From positions 1 to 37,722 of the forward strand of contig CALYAE010000070.1 in assembly GCA_944393435.1 (NCBI GenBank): a stretch of 37,722 bases of DNA, given 5' to 3'. How positions within the stretch are numbered: the stretch's first letter is position 1; each line of letters starts with the position of its first letter. Source of the DNA: an uncultured Clostridia bacterium (GTDB taxonomy: Bacteria > Bacillota > Clostridia > TANB77 > CAG-508). A model generated the notes under the pieces. That model had not been told where the DNA came from. It ran no database searches and saw nothing but the letters and a program-made list of their open reading frames with translations. Positions 1 to 8,670 of the stretch are shown one piece after another. Made by a program: the position numbers and the translations under genes.

Positions 1-92
1 AGGGTCACAACTAAGGCAATTAGCGTGATTCCACTTGTCTTTAGCACTTTTTCTTGTCTTGTTTGTTTTTCTTTGATTTCTTTTTTTTGCAT
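1..92 (-). CDS. 5' end of a type IV prepilin-like protein (runs off left edge)
   Basis: RBS GAAGGAGG, then ATG at 92: MQKKEIKEKQTRQEKVLKTS-GITLIALVVT. Charged leader followed by a G|ITLIALVVT class III signal-like motif. Not in ORF track. Confidence 0.8.
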   Translation of the reverse strand, partial: MQKKEIKEKQTRQEKVLKTSGITLIALVVT

Positions 93-201
93 CTTTGTTT
101 TTCCTCCTTCATCTTTTTTCTTCTTTTGCATGATTTTTCCCATATCGTACTCTTTTTATTCACCTTTTAGTGTATCATTTTTCTTATTTCCTGTAAATTG
201 G

Positions 202-266
202 AGATTTTTTCTTGCCTCACACAAGAAAAAATCTTGCTTTTCCGTTATTTTTAAGCAAGATTTTTT
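202..266 (-). terminator. Intrinsic terminator-like hairpin (arms 226-239/253-266) overlapping a second, mutually exclusive hairpin (202-214/222-234)
   Basis: Perfect 14-bp arms AAAAAATCTTGCTT/AAGCAAGATTTTTT and 13-bp arms AGATTTTTTCTTG/CAAGAAAAAATCT share 226-234. Confidence 0.6.
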
Positions 267-355
267 ACTTTTTTATCTTTTAAAACTGGATTGTTTACTA
301 GCTTTCAAGCCATAGCTTTTGTCGATATTTATTTTCCTTCTTTTTCTTTGTCACA

Positions 356-391
356 TATTTGTAACATTTCTGTAACATAAATTTAATATTT
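356..391. repeat. 36-bp direct repeat copy 1 containing TGTAAC-N5-TGTAAC (OmpR/WalR-type box)
   Basis: 33/36 identical to 1828-1863; 11-bp periodic TGTAACA units. Confidence 0.75.
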
Positions 392-1591
392 TTATTTTCC
401 TAATAGCCAGTCTATTACATTTTTATGGATGATTCCTTCTTGTGAAAAATCAAATTTGTCCATTGTTAAAACATATTTTGGATAATTATCTTCTATTGTT
501 TTGAATGCTCCAAATTCTCTTTTTACAACAGAGTCGTCGGCTAAAATATACGCTACCTGAATATAAATTTTTTCTTTAAATTTGGTTGCTATAAAGTCTA
601 TTTCTCCATTTTCTAGGCTTCCTACTTTAACATCATACCCTCTAGACAATAGTTCATTATATACTATATTTTCTAAGTAGGCTCCTAATTGTGGCCTTCT
701 TCCTCCACTCATTATTTGCCCAAATCCTAAATCTGTTAAATAGTATTTGTATTTTCCGTTTAATATTCTTTTTCCTCTCACATCATATCGATCAGCTTTA
801 TTTATTAGCATAGCTTTTGCCATATATTCTAAGTAGTTGTATAAAGTTATTTTTGAAACTTCTCTATCATCTTTATTAGCAAAATAATTGGATAAACTTT
901 CTGCCGAAAAATTTTGTGATGGTGTTGTTACTATATATTCTACAATTCTATTGAACAAATCTAAATCTTTTATATTGAATCTAGCTATAATATCTTTTAC
1001 TAAAATCGAATCATAAATGTCTGTTAAGTAGGTTCTTGTTTGCATTTCATCTGTAAGCATAAACCTTTGTGGCATTCCTCCCCAGGTTAGATAATCTTCA
1101 AATGCTTCTTCTATTTCTTTCTTTTCTGTTATTTTTTTTAGCTCACATACTTCTTCAAAAGTAAAAGGATACGTTTTAAAACTTACATATCTTCCTGCTA
1201 TGTGTGTTGCAAGTTCTCCTGATAGTAAATCACTATTGGATCCTGTGATAAAGATTGATGTGTTTTTAGATGCCTTAAAAGAATTGATAGCTTTTTCCCA
1301 ATGTTCCACATTTTGGATTTCATCAAATAATAGATAATATTTATCTTTATTTAGAATCTTTGCTTTTATATATTCATGTAAGTCCATATCATTTTGAATA
1401 AAAGCATAGTCTTCGTATTCAAAATTGATATAAATAATTTGGGATTCTGGTATTCCTTTTTCTTTTAATTCCTCTATGATTTGTAATAATATAACGGATT
1501 TACCACATCTTCTAACACCCATGATCACTTTGATTAAATCTTGATCATAAAAAGGTCTAATTTTTGACAAATATTTCTCACGAATAATCAT
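392..1591 (-). CDS. AAA+ ATPase, AAA_14 + DUF4143 type
   Basis: Walker A GVRRCGKS, Walker B LLFDEIQ, ITGSNS, WGGMP, KYYLTDLG, C-terminal EIDF..YIQV. Start moved to ATG 1591 (MIIREKYL) behind RBS AAGGAG. Confidence 0.88.
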   Translation of the reverse strand: MIIREKYLSKIRPFYDQDLIKVIMGVRRCGKSVILLQIIEELKEKGIPESQIIYINFEYEDYAFIQNDMDLHEYIKAKILNKDKYYLLFDEIQNVEHWEKAINSFKASKNTSIFITGSNSDLLSGELATHIAGRYVSFKTYPFTFEEVCELKKITEKKEIEEAFEDYLTWGGMPQRFMLTDEMQTRTYLTDIYDSILVKDIIARFNIKDLDLFNRIVEYIVTTPSQNFSAESLSNYFANKDDREVSKITLYNYLEYMAKAMLINKADRYDVRGKRILNGKYKYYLTDLGFGQIMSGGRRPQLGAYLENIVYNELLSRGYDVKVGSLENGEIDFIATKFKEKIYIQVAYILADDSVVKREFGAFKTIEDNYPKYVLTMDKFDFSQEGIIHKNVIDWLLGK

Positions 1592-1625
1592 TGCTATCTC
1601 CTTCTTGTTTTTATTTCTTTTTTCT

Positions 1626-1654
1626 ATTATATCGTATTTCCTTTTTATTGTCAA
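1626..1654 (-). promoter_or_regulatory. sigma-A promoter of the AAA+ gene
   Basis: Perfect TTGACA-N17-TATAAT on the minus strand. Confidence 0.8.
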
Positions 1655-1724
1655 TATTTTTGTTTTTCATAGTGAACAAAAACAGGTTTGGATTTTGTTT
1701 TGTTTAGTATAGATTTATAAGTTT

Positions 1725-1826
1725 TTAAAGTATGGCGAGCACAGGGCGGAAACTACAATAGGTGTCCGCACCGCCCGTATTGTAGATGAAAAAGAACGCA
1801 CCAGCACCGGTGGGGTCACAACTCAT
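1725..1826 (-). pseudogene. Gene remnant resembling the C-terminal variable region of a DGR-target/C-lectin-fold protein
   Basis: GC-rich island translating MSCDPTGAGAFFFIYNTGGADTYCSFRPVLAIL*. Contains AGTTGTGACCC, also found in the prepilin gene at 2-12. No RBS. Confidence 0.55.
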
Positions 1827-1827
1827 G

Positions 1828-1863
1828 TATTTGTAACATTTTTGTAACAAAAATTTAACATTT
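1828..1863. repeat. 36-bp direct repeat copy 2 (TGTAAC-N5-TGTAAC)
   Basis: 33/36 identical to 356-391. Confidence 0.75.
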
Positions 1864-1864
1864 A

Positions 1865-2869
1865 TCACACAATATATTTAATTTCATTATGAGGAAAATA
1901 CTTTCTCATTAAATCTTTCAAAAAAATTTCCGCTTCCTGTCTTACTTCTTTTCGGTACGTATATTTTCCTTTTCCTCCTCCTGTCATAATATTTTGGTCA
2001 TATAAATTAATGAGACTCGGGAATGCTTCTGCATTAATCATACGATGTACATAACTATAAGTCATAAAAATGATTTCAAAAAAAGCTGTCTTTTTTACTT
2101 CTTGACTTAAGTTTTGGGCTAAATACTTCACAAGATTTGAATATTGCTCTCTCCAGTTTTCTACTAAAATAACAGGAGCAATTAAAATTCCTACTGGGTA
2201 TCTTGCTTGTTTTAGTTTATTTATAGCCTGCACTCTTTTTTCTAAAGGAGAGGTTCCTATTTCAATGGTTCTTATAATTTCTTTTGGGTTCACACTCATA
2301 CGGATGAGTAGTTTTCCTTTATGATCTAATGGTAAAATAGGGTCTACCATATCAAACTTGGTAGGCAAAGTCAAAAGTCCTTTGGGATGATCTTTAAAAT
2401 TTTCAATGGTCCAATTTAAGTTTCCTGTAATTGTGTTTTCTAAAATTAAATCACTATTACTTCCAATTTCAAAGGTTAAATTTTTTTCATTTTCATTTGC
2501 TACCTTTTTAATTTTATCTAACATTTGCTCACGATTTACAAATAGCCTCAAATAACTACATTTGTTATAATTGCAAACTAAGTAGCAGTATAAACACATA
2601 GCAACACAACCTGAAGAAGTATAAGGTACTAAAAAGTCGGATGTTTTATGGTTTGGTACAAACTTATGCGTTTTTCGAACTCCAATAATTAGGTTTTGTT
2701 TCATATTAGCAAATTCGCGATTTGATTTTTTTCTCTTTTCTTCTATATTGTTATGGTTTTGTATTTGGATACAAGGAATCTGCTTTTCTTGATATTTGGC
2801 TAGTAACTGTTTTCCTAACTCATAATTAGTAGCATCTTCTTCATAATAAATAGCTTTTGGCAAGAACAT
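1865..2869 (-). CDS. splB: Spore photoproduct lyase family radical SAM protein
   Basis: SGCVAMCLYCYL (CxxxCxxC), FEIGSNSD, TKF, RMSVNP, VGILIAPV motifs; 334 aa. Confidence 0.88.
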   Translation of the reverse strand: MFLPKAIYYEEDATNYELGKQLLAKYQEKQIPCIQIQNHNNIEEKRKKSNREFANMKQNLIIGVRKTHKFVPNHKTSDFLVPYTSSGCVAMCLYCYLVCNYNKCSYLRLFVNREQMLDKIKKVANENEKNLTFEIGSNSDLILENTITGNLNWTIENFKDHPKGLLTLPTKFDMVDPILPLDHKGKLLIRMSVNPKEIIRTIEIGTSPLEKRVQAINKLKQARYPVGILIAPVILVENWREQYSNLVKYLAQNLSQEVKKTAFFEIIFMTYSYVHRMINAEAFPSLINLYDQNIMTGGGKGKYTYRKEVRQEAEIFLKDLMRKYFPHNEIKYIV

Positions 2870-2923
2870 ATTTTATTTCTCCTTTTTTAAAATATATTCT
2901 TGCCAAAATAGCTTATTTTATTC
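2855..2923 (-). promoter_or_regulatory. Forespore sigma (F/G)-like promoter fused to a 21-bp hairpin occluding the splB start
   Basis: GAATA-N14-GGCAAGAATA. Arms 2855-2875 and 2888-2908 match 20/21 (the mismatch is a U-G pair); SD lies in the 12-nt loop and ATG in the stem. Confidence 0.65.
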
Positions 2924-2931
2924 TTTTTTCG

Positions 2932-4011
2932 TTAAGATTTATTTTCTTCTACCGTTTTTACATAAAGGTCTTGTGAAGGGTTTGCAAGCCTTACTCCTTC
3001 TGATTCAATCACATTTAAAATGGTTTCATTAACGTTAGTTCTAAATTTTAGAAAATCATTGTATGGAATAATATCTGTATACATAGCAATCATGATATTA
3101 ATGCCATCTGTTAAAATACTGTTACATTCTACCGTGATGGTATCTTTCATAATATCTTTATTATGATTTAATACAAATCTGAGACGATTTAAAATAGTTT
3201 CTATGGTTTCAGAATTCGTTTGCAAAGGTAGTTTTAAATTAATAGAATATCTTCTTTTCTCTATTTTTGCAAAGTTTACAACAGTTTCTTCTGATAATTT
3301 TGCATTTTGTATGGTTACAATCGTATCATCTGTTGTTTTAAGTCTGGTGCTTCTAAAAGTAATATCTACAACCGTTCCTTCATATTCAGTAGTCTGAATC
3401 CAATCTCCTACTACAAATGGTTTATCTAATAAAATGGCAGCTCCACCAAATAGATTTTTAGCCACATCTTGTGCCGCTAGTGCAATTACCACACTTCCTA
3501 ATCCTAAGCCTGTAATTAGCCCATTTAGATTAATATCTAATTCTGCTAAAATTAGAATACCAGCTCCTATATAGATAATGACTTTTGCAATTTTTCCAAT
3601 AAAGTTTGCTAAAGTTTCATTCCCACTAATGCGGTTTGTTTTTTGTATTTTTCTCATTAAAATAGAGTTTGGCTCAAAGATATTAGCAATTCCTTTGGCA
3701 CCTATTAAGATGAGTGTAATTTGCAATGCTTTCCTTATAAACACCATGGCATCTGCTGGTAAATCTAAGATGATAACACCTAAGTAGACACCAAGCACAA
3801 TAAATGCTGCTTTTAATGGATGATAAAAGGCATTTGCCTTTATCTTCTTTTTGTTTTTTTCTTTCCACTTAAAAATTTTAATAATACAGTAAGAAAGTAT
3901 GCCACTCAGTAAGGTCATGATAATCATAATTGCTAATGCTATACAAATATCAATCATTTTTTCTTGTGTCATATTTTGAAAAAATTCAATTACACTTCTT
4001 ATTTGTTTCAT
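2932..4011 (-). CDS. mscS: MscS-family mechanosensitive channel
   Basis: N-terminal TM helices; GLGLGSVVIALAAQDVAKNLFGG, DKPFVVGDWI, GTVVDITFRSTRLKT. Confidence 0.9.
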   Translation of the reverse strand: MKQIRSVIEFFQNMTQEKMIDICIALAIMIIMTLLSGILSYCIIKIFKWKEKNKKKIKANAFYHPLKAAFIVLGVYLGVIILDLPADAMVFIRKALQITLILIGAKGIANIFEPNSILMRKIQKTNRISGNETLANFIGKIAKVIIYIGAGILILAELDINLNGLITGLGLGSVVIALAAQDVAKNLFGGAAILLDKPFVVGDWIQTTEYEGTVVDITFRSTRLKTTDDTIVTIQNAKLSEETVVNFAKIEKRRYSINLKLPLQTNSETIETILNRLRFVLNHNKDIMKDTITVECNSILTDGINIMIAMYTDIIPYNDFLKFRTNVNETILNVIESEGVRLANPSQDLYVKTVEENKS

Positions 4012-4072
4012 CCCTTTCTTCTTTTTCTCCTTCCTTTTATTAATGCATAAATTGCATAAAATATGTTAGTTT

Positions 4073-4738
4073 TTATTTTGTATTTTTTGCAATCAAGGCC
4101 TTAATTTTAATTCCTTGTTCAGAAAACATTTTCTCATGTTCTGTTTCAATATTTTCCCAAAAGTCTACTTCTTGGTGCAAATCTTTGGTTTGCTTTTCAA
4201 TGGTAAACCTTGCTTCCTCAAAATACCTAATACTATGTTCAAATAGTTCTTCATCATCTGTTTTAAAATAGATTTTTCCCTCTGGTTTTAAAAATTCTTG
4301 GTAATGTTTTAATTGCCTTGTATGAGTTAGTCTTTTCTTATGGTGTTTGCCTCTTGGCCATGGATTACAAAAATTAATATAAATACCATCTACTTTGTCT
4401 GGTGTATCTAGAATGAGTAAAATACGTTCAATATCAAACCTTGTTAAAATAACATTATCAATTTCTTTTTTTGCATTTGCATAAAGTTCTTCTATTTTTC
4501 TTTTTGCTAAACCAAGCATAGGGTCTACTAAATCAATTGCTAAATAATTATTTTCTGGATGTTTACATGCTTTTTGAGCAATAAAACTTCCTTTCCCACA
4601 TCCTAGTTCTACAAAGAAAGGTTGGTTTTCATTTTTAAATTCTTTTCTCCATTTTCCTTTTAAAGTTTCTGGATATTCTCTATAAAACTTACTTTCTTCT
4701 AGTTCTTTTCTTGCCCATGGTTTATATCTGATTCTCAT
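4073..4738 (-). CDS. trmB: tRNA (guanine-N7)-methyltransferase
   Basis: VELGCGKG, NFCNPWPRGKHHKKRLT, FKTDD, TEHEKMF. Start at ATG 4738 (MRIRYKPW) after GGAGG. Confidence 0.93.
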   Translation of the reverse strand: MRIRYKPWARKELEESKFYREYPETLKGKWRKEFKNENQPFFVELGCGKGSFIAQKACKHPENNYLAIDLVDPMLGLAKRKIEELYANAKKEIDNVILTRFDIERILLILDTPDKVDGIYINFCNPWPRGKHHKKRLTHTRQLKHYQEFLKPEGKIYFKTDDEELFEHSIRYFEEARFTIEKQTKDLHQEVDFWENIETEHEKMFSEQGIKIKALIAKNTK

Positions 4739-4898
4739 TTTGTCTATCCTCCATTTGTATTTTAGCATACTATTTTGGGCTTTACAAGAAATTTTAAGTC
4801 GTATTTTGTTTTTTTATTAGAATTTTTGGTGAGTCATTGCCATTTTTATTTTTATGGTATAAAATATACTATGAAAAATATAGGTGAAAAAGGAGAGT

Positions 4899-6632
4899 AT
4901 GATGGAAAAGCATAAAGATAAATTATATGATGGTGAGAATTTAATGAGTTTTAGGCAGTTAGTGGAAAGGTATGAGAATCGTTATAAAGACCACACTGCT
5001 TTTATTTATAAAAAAGATCCTAAAGCAACTGACTATATTAAAGTTTCTTACTTACAATTTGCAAAAGATATTAAATCTCTAGCAACTGCCCTTTTAGATT
5101 TAGGTCTGCAAGGCAAAAAAGTAGCCTTAATAGGTCCTAATCGTTATGAATGGTGTGTTAGTTATTTAGCAATTACTACTTCTGATATTTCTATTGTTCC
5201 TTTAGATAAGTCACTACCTGAAAATGAAATAAAAAGCCTGATTGCAAGAAGTAAGGCTGATTGTGTTATTTTTGACAAAAGTTATCTTCCTGTTTTTGAA
5301 GAAATTTTGCATGAAGGTAACACCAATTTAAGCCAATATATTTGCATGGATGATGTTTCAGATACCAAATTTTTATCTTATACAGCATTATGCAAAAAGG
5401 GACAAAAGCTAATAGAAAGTGGAAATACAGCTTTTCGAGATATTACTTTAGACCCTAAAAAAGTATCGATTTTACTTTTCACTTCTGGAACAACTGCAAT
5501 TTCTAAGTGTGTTGGATTGTCTCAAGCTAATATTTGTGCGGATATTTATGCTTTATCTCAAATGACAGATATTAGAACTTCTGATGTATTTTTATCTTTT
5601 TTGCCATTACATCATACTTTTGAGTCTACTTGTACCTTTTTATATGGTACTTCTTGTGGCATTACAGTTGCTTTTTGCGATGGATTAAAGTATGTACAAA
5701 AAAATCTAGTGGAATATCAAGTAACTGGTTTTGTAGGAGTTCCTTTAATGCTTGAAATTATGTATAAAAAGGTTGAAAAAGGAATAGAAGAACAAGGCAA
5801 AACTAAGTTAGTAAAAACGATGAGAAAAGTTTGTAACTGCTTATTAAAAGTTGGTATTGATATCAGAAGAAAAGTATTTAAAGAGATTTTAGATAAATTT
5901 GGTGGAAAACTCCGCATTTTAATTGCTGGTGGTGCACCAATGAATAAAGATGCTATCCAAGGTTTTGTAGATTTAGGAATTAATTTGCTACAAGGCTATG
6001 GGCTTACAGAAACCTCCCCTGTTTTAGCTGGTGAAAATGATAAGTATAAACGTGCTGGTAGTGTAGGTTTTCCTCTTCCTGGCATTGAGATTCAAATTGA
6101 TCATCCTGATGAAGAAGGAATTGGAGAAATTATGGCTAAAGGCCCTACTATCATGAGTGGCTATATTGATAATGAAGAAGCAACCAAAGAAGTTTTAAAA
6201 GATGGTTGGTTTTATACAGGAGACTTAGGAAAGTTAGATAAAGATGGATTTTTATTTATTACTGGAAGGAAGAAGGATGTAATTGTTTTAAAAAATGGAA
6301 AAAACATTTTCCCTGAGGAATTAGAAATTTTAATCAATAAACTTCCTTATGTTTCTGAAAGTATGGTTTATGGGAAGCCAGATCCTAAAGATGATGATTT
6401 AACCATTTGTGCAAAAGTTGTATACAATGCTGAGCTTATAAAAGAGTTATATCCTGATAAGGACTTAAAGGATTATCATGATATTGTTTGGAAAGATATC
6501 AAGGAAAAAGTAAATAGAACTATGCCTGCTTATAAATATATTCGCGAGATTTTGGTTACAGATGAGCCTTTAATTAAAACTACTACGCAAAAAGTGAAAA
6601 GACATGAAGAATTGAAAAAGATTTTGGGTTAA
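4899..6632 (+). CDS. AMP-binding long-chain acyl-CoA synthetase
   Basis: FTSGTT, FLPLHH, QGYGLTETSP, YTGDLG, TGRKKD. AAGGAG RBS favours ATG 4899 or 4902 over GTG 4884. Confidence 0.9.
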   Translation: MMEKHKDKLYDGENLMSFRQLVERYENRYKDHTAFIYKKDPKATDYIKVSYLQFAKDIKSLATALLDLGLQGKKVALIGPNRYEWCVSYLAITTSDISIVPLDKSLPENEIKSLIARSKADCVIFDKSYLPVFEEILHEGNTNLSQYICMDDVSDTKFLSYTALCKKGQKLIESGNTAFRDITLDPKKVSILLFTSGTTAISKCVGLSQANICADIYALSQMTDIRTSDVFLSFLPLHHTFESTCTFLYGTSCGITVAFCDGLKYVQKNLVEYQVTGFVGVPLMLEIMYKKVEKGIEEQGKTKLVKTMRKVCNCLLKVGIDIRRKVFKEILDKFGGKLRILIAGGAPMNKDAIQGFVDLGINLLQGYGLTETSPVLAGENDKYKRAGSVGFPLPGIEIQIDHPDEEGIGEIMAKGPTIMSGYIDNEEATKEVLKDGWFYTGDLGKLDKDGFLFITGRKKDVIVLKNGKNIFPEELEILINKLPYVSESMVYGKPDPKDDDLTICAKVVYNAELIKELYPDKDLKDYHDIVWKDIKEKVNRTMPAYKYIREILVTDEPLIKTTTQKVKRHEELKKILG

Positions 6633-6635
6633 GTC

Positions 6636-6786
6636 TTGCCAAGTGTTTCGCAAGAAATCGCCAAGAGCTCCCAAGTGGTCGCCAAAAGGACCGTCCCTGT
6701 TGGCGACCCCCTTGGCGACCCCCTTGGCGACCCCTTGGGAACTCTTGGCGAACTCTTGGCGATTCCTTGGCGAACTGCTGGTAACA
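6636..6786. repeat. GC-rich palindromic tandem array around a REP-like core, between convergent genes
   Basis: About 5 TCGCCAA-type units, core AAGGACCGTCCCTG (6686-6699), then 7-8 TTGGCGA-type units of 10-12 bp. Confidence 0.85.
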
Positions 6787-7992
6787 CTAATCATTACTAC
6801 ATATATGTTTTCTTGTCATTTCTAGTAAATCTAGGGGTGTAAAACCTACAACTTGTGTTTTGGAACGATCTTTTTTTAAGTTTTCTTCTAAAATTTCTAA
6901 TAGCTTTTGCTTAGTTTCTTGCTTTTCCATGTCAATATAATCAATAATGATAATTCCACCAATATCTCTTAAGCGCAATTGTTTTGCAATTTCGATAGTT
7001 GCTTCTTTATTTACGGTAAATACAGTTTGTTCTAAATCTTTATTTCCTACGTATTTTCCTGAATTTACATCAATAGCTGTTAGGGCTTCTGTTTTGTCAA
7101 TTGTAATAAAGCCTCCACATTTTAGCCAGATTTTGCGGTTATTTGCTTTTTCTAACTGCTGATCAATATCATACATTTTTTGAACTGATTCATCATTTTT
7201 TAGTTCTAATTTGATTTTTTGTTGCAATCCAGTATCGATTAAAAATTTTTTTACATACTCTTCAATTTCTTTGCTATTAGTTACTACTCTTACTAAATCT
7301 TGATCCATGATATCTGTTAATAGCTTGCCTATAATTCCATCATTTTGATATAATAAGGTAGGTTCAAATTCTCCATTTTCTGTTACTTGTTTGCTGTTCT
7401 CTACTATTTTCTCATAAACTGCTAGCACATTTTTGATATCTTGCTTAATCAAATTTTCTTCTTTTCCTTGTGCTGATGTTCGAATAATAATTCCATACCC
7501 TTTTGGTAGAACATCTTTTACAATTTGCATTAATCTCGTCTTTTCTGAAGGTTTTTCAATTTTTTTCGAAATTGTTATAAATTCGGTTTCTGGCATTAAT
7601 ACAATAAATCTTCCTGGCAGGCTAATATGGGTAGAAACTCTTGCTCCCTTTTTATGAGTGCTATCTCTTTTGACCTGTACTAGAATTGGCATTCCTGTAT
7701 GAATAAAAGATTTAATGTCATATTTACTTAAAGTTTCGTTTTTGTTACCTGTTTCATTACTTATTTTTGGGATAATATCTTTAATATGAATAAAGGTATT
7801 TTTATCAAGACCTATATCGACAAATGCAGCTTGCATACCAGCTAATACATTTTCTACTTTTCCTAAATAAATATTTCCTTCTAAACGTTCTTGCTCATGT
7901 TTTTCCTCATATTTTTCTACCAAGTTTCCGTTTTCTACTAAAGCCACTAATTTATTGTTTTGTTTATCTTGGCTAATAATAAGCTCCTGCAT
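6787..7992 (-). CDS. rng: Rne/Rng family ribonuclease
   Basis: GNIYLGKV..GMQAAFVDIG (S1), EALTAIDVNSGK, QLRLRDIGGIIIIDYIDM. Confidence 0.92.
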   Translation of the reverse strand: MQELIISQDKQNNKLVALVENGNLVEKYEEKHEQERLEGNIYLGKVENVLAGMQAAFVDIGLDKNTFIHIKDIIPKISNETGNKNETLSKYDIKSFIHTGMPILVQVKRDSTHKKGARVSTHISLPGRFIVLMPETEFITISKKIEKPSEKTRLMQIVKDVLPKGYGIIIRTSAQGKEENLIKQDIKNVLAVYEKIVENSKQVTENGEFEPTLLYQNDGIIGKLLTDIMDQDLVRVVTNSKEIEEYVKKFLIDTGLQQKIKLELKNDESVQKMYDIDQQLEKANNRKIWLKCGGFITIDKTEALTAIDVNSGKYVGNKDLEQTVFTVNKEATIEIAKQLRLRDIGGIIIIDYIDMEKQETKQKLLEILEENLKKDRSKTQVVGFTPLDLLEMTRKHICSND

Positions 7993-8048
7993 CTTTTCTT
8001 TACCTCTTTACATTTTTTGTAGAATTTCTTATTTTAAAACACATCTTC

Positions 8049-8621
8049 TTAATTATACTTGTTCATAGCACTATCAATTCCATTTTTAATAAATTCTGAA
8101 ATGGCTTCTACTGCTTTATCAATTCCTTGTTCTAATTCTTGATAAGTTTTATCATCTAGCTTTCCAATGACATAGTCAATAGTAGTAGTAGTAGCATCAT
8201 CATATTCAGAAATTGGCTTTCCAATTCCCACACGAATACGTGGAAAATCTTCTGAAACAAGTTCATGTACAACAGATTTAGCACCATTGTGAGTACCTGG
8301 TCCACCTTTTTTACGGATTTTGATTTTCCCTGCTTCTACATCCATATCATCATAAATAACAAGTACATTTTGTATTGGAATTTTGTAAAAATCCATAAAG
8401 GTTTTAATAGATTTTCCGCTTAAATTCATATAGGTTTGTGGCTTTAATAAAATCACTTTTTCTCCTTCTATGATTCCGCTTCCATATAATCCATCAAACT
8501 TATTTCTCATGATATCAATTTCATATTTTGTTGCTAATTGATTTACAACATCAAAACCCATGTTATGTCTTGTTCTACTATATTCTTCTTCTGGATTTCC
8601 TAAACCTGCTATTAAATACAT
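8049..8621 (-). CDS. pth: Peptidyl-tRNA hydrolase
   Basis: LIAGLGNP, TRHNMGF, KPQTYMNLSG, YDDMD, HNG, RIRVGIG. Confidence 0.96.
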   Translation of the reverse strand: MYLIAGLGNPEEEYSRTRHNMGFDVVNQLATKYEIDIMRNKFDGLYGSGIIEGEKVILLKPQTYMNLSGKSIKTFMDFYKIPIQNVLVIYDDMDVEAGKIKIRKKGGPGTHNGAKSVVHELVSEDFPRIRVGIGKPISEYDDATTTTIDYVIGKLDDKTYQELEQGIDKAVEAISEFIKNGIDSAMNKYN

Positions 8622-8670
8622 GACCCTCCCTCTTTGTTCAATCTTATAATTTTATAATTACTATCTTATT

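Noticed and set aside
25-315. 96-aa plus-strand ORF
   Set aside because: Phe/Ser-rich shadow of the A-rich minus strand; the real gene is the prepilin on the minus strand.
280-330. Possible c-di-GMP-I riboswitch upstream of the prepilin gene (AAAGCTATGG...CCAGTT on minus)
   Set aside because: Only vague resemblance; no P1 stem or GNRA loop found. An Infernal search would be needed.
6570-6842. Three short ORFs over the repeat array, and a CRISPR interpretation
   Set aside because: The ORFs are translations of 10-12 bp repeats; there are no unique spacers or cas genes.
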